This document shows, piece after piece, positions 62,060-64,000 of a DNA stretch of 64,000 nt. The stretch spans positions 48,858,001-48,922,000 of the forward strand of contig NC_087447.1 of NCBI RefSeq assembly GCF_036321535.1, read 5' to 3'. The position numbers and the translations under genes were made by a program. This stretch comes from Camelus dromedarius (Eukaryota). A model generated the notes under the pieces. The model searched no databases and had not been told where the DNA came from. It saw only the letters and a list, made by a program, of their open reading frames with translations. Each line of letters opens with the position of its first letter. Position 1 is the stretch's first letter.

Positions 62060-64000
62060 CTGAAGGGGACACAGGGGTCAGTCCTACTTCCAAAGAGCTG
62101 TTGCCTTCCACTGTCCCCTCCCGAAACCACCCTCCACCCTAACTGTGGGGCACTGTCCTCGTTTTAAGCCTGCAATGGGATAAAAGTGATTAACTCCATG
62201 TGTCCAGTCTCTCCCCTTCCCCTGCTCAGTTGTGTGGCTCTCCAATTGTGTCCCTCCCCTACCATGGAGGGGGGCACTGTGTGCCTGGATTTGCACTGGA
62301 TTTGTCCCTTTGTGGTGTTTGAGAAATACAAGTAAAAGACTTGGGTTATTTCAGCATGATCTTGATTATGCTATTTTAACTCAGGGGTTTTGTTCCTTTA
62401 CTTCTGGACCTGAGCCTCGTGGCTTAAGAGAGGAGTGTGACACTGGAGGGCAGGGGATAGGGATGGGAACATGGCTAGAAACAGGATGTGGAGAAGACTC
62501 AGGGCTTGGTGATCTGCCCCCTAAACCTCTAGGAGATGTGAGTGACCCTGCACAAAGCCTTAGAATTGGCACCAGAGAAGGAGGGGCCCGAAGTTCTTAG
62601 GCTTTTTCAAGTACAGCAAATGAAAGAGAAGGGGAAGAGAAACATTCACAGAGAGATGTGCAGAAACAGAGGAGCTGGAAGGAGAGGCCACCACTGGAGG
62701 TTTTTCCAGCTCTCCAGGAAGTTTGTCAGCCTGTCCCAGGCATCCCACACCTTCCTCTCCCTTCTGCTATCACGAGCCATTATATCTGTCTCTTCTATTC
62801 AACTGTGAATTCCCAAGAACAAGGACCAAACCTCAGTCTATTTGTCTCTGAACTGTCAGCACAGGGTCTTGCTCCAAGCAAGTGCCTGCTGAAGTTTGAA
62901 TGAACAAACAAGCAAATGAATGAGAGCCAGGAGGGGAGGGAGAGGTGGTCTCCCTCTTAAACAAATGGCGCTGGCTTTGATTAAACTTAGAAGTTGCCAG
63001 GTGTGTTTCCAGCTCCCTTGCCCACTTGAGTGCCCCAGCCACACTTCCCTCAGAGACAGCCTCCTGCCCCATGGAGAACCCTGGACCAGGCCTTAGTCCC
63101 GCTGGGGTCACTGCTTCCCAAGATGGCCAGGAGTGATCACAAGGACTAATCAGGACATCCTAGAATCCACAGAATTGACCTGAGCCCCAAAAGGGGCCTT
63201 CTTGAGGCACACAGGGATCCTTAATAGATGTCCAGAGAGTGAACTGACCCCTTAGATTAGACCCTAGGGTGGAGTGTTGTCAGAAGAGTTAGAATCTCTC
63301 TCTGGATTCTGGCCTTGAAGGAACCAAGGGCTGGAGAACAGCGACATGCAGCAGGAAGTAAGGTGAAGACAGGCTAGGGGGCGAAAGGGCAGGGGGCAAG
63401 GCGAGAGGCCTTGCAGCCAAAGGGTGCCTCTCAGGAAAGTCATAACTACCATTTATTGGGTTGCTCTAGGCAAGGGCTCTGTGTTATATGAAAATGTATC
63501 ATCTCACTTCATCTAAACAGTCCTAGAGGTGGGCATTATTATCCACACTTTCAAAAGGAGAAGAGAGCCACTGAGGGGTGAAGTTGCCTAAGATCACACA
63601 GCAGGAAAACACTGTCTAGTGTCTGTGTACTTCCCGTGATGCTGAGCTGTGTTTGGTGGATGGGGCAGGGACTCAGTCATTCACTCAATATTTACTGCAG
63701 GACAGCTGGGTGCCAGGTCTTCTTCTGAGCACTCGGGCCATAGCAGTGAGTAAGAGACAAGGGTTCTGCTCTCACGGAGCTTACCTCCTAGCAGGGGGAG
63801 GCAGACTATAAAAAATAAACAAGTAGGAACAAGATCATGTCAGATGTTACATTTATAATAGGAGTAAAACAGAGTAACGTGATTGTGTTAACAAGATTGG
63901 GCTATTTTAGAAACAGCTGTAGAGAAAGCCTCATAAGGAGGTAACATTATGTTGTGAACTGCAAGATGAGAAGGAATCATTCCTGGGAAGATCTCGGGGA

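Noticed and set aside
1..64000. CRISPR arrays, operons or other prokaryotic/viral systems
   Set aside because: No regularly spaced repeat-spacer array or gene-dense segment; the whole window is intron/intergenic mammalian DNA

Overview
Mammalian genomic DNA, very likely camelid, judged from a tRNA-Ala-derived Vic-1-type SINE with target-site duplications at ~23.0 kb. The right third carries the 3' part of CHRDL2 (chordin-like 2, a secreted BMP antagonist with VWC/CR domains) on the minus strand. Nine constitutive coding exons (exons 3-11 by recalled human numbering, 62059 down to the stop at 44828) all have AG/GT boundaries and continuous phase; exons 1-2 lie beyond the right edge. A 55-nt cassette exon carved from an antisense MIR SINE (49157-49211) would switch the last two exons into a second, fully open reading frame. 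The left ~44 kb has no recognisable coding exon. It holds a ~9.6-kb nest of decayed L1 fragments (7.0-16.6 kb), MaLR/ERVL solo LTRs, many MIR/L2 relics, an orphan CpG island (~31.1-32.1 kb) and candidate CTCF/enhancer motifs. I found no wholly new biological system. The most notable items are the MIR-exon frame switch with dual-coding terminal exons, the orphan CpG island, an unidentified retro-inserted poly(A) fragment and several small rearrangement signatures. Repeat boundaries and subfamily names are approximate (recognised by eye).
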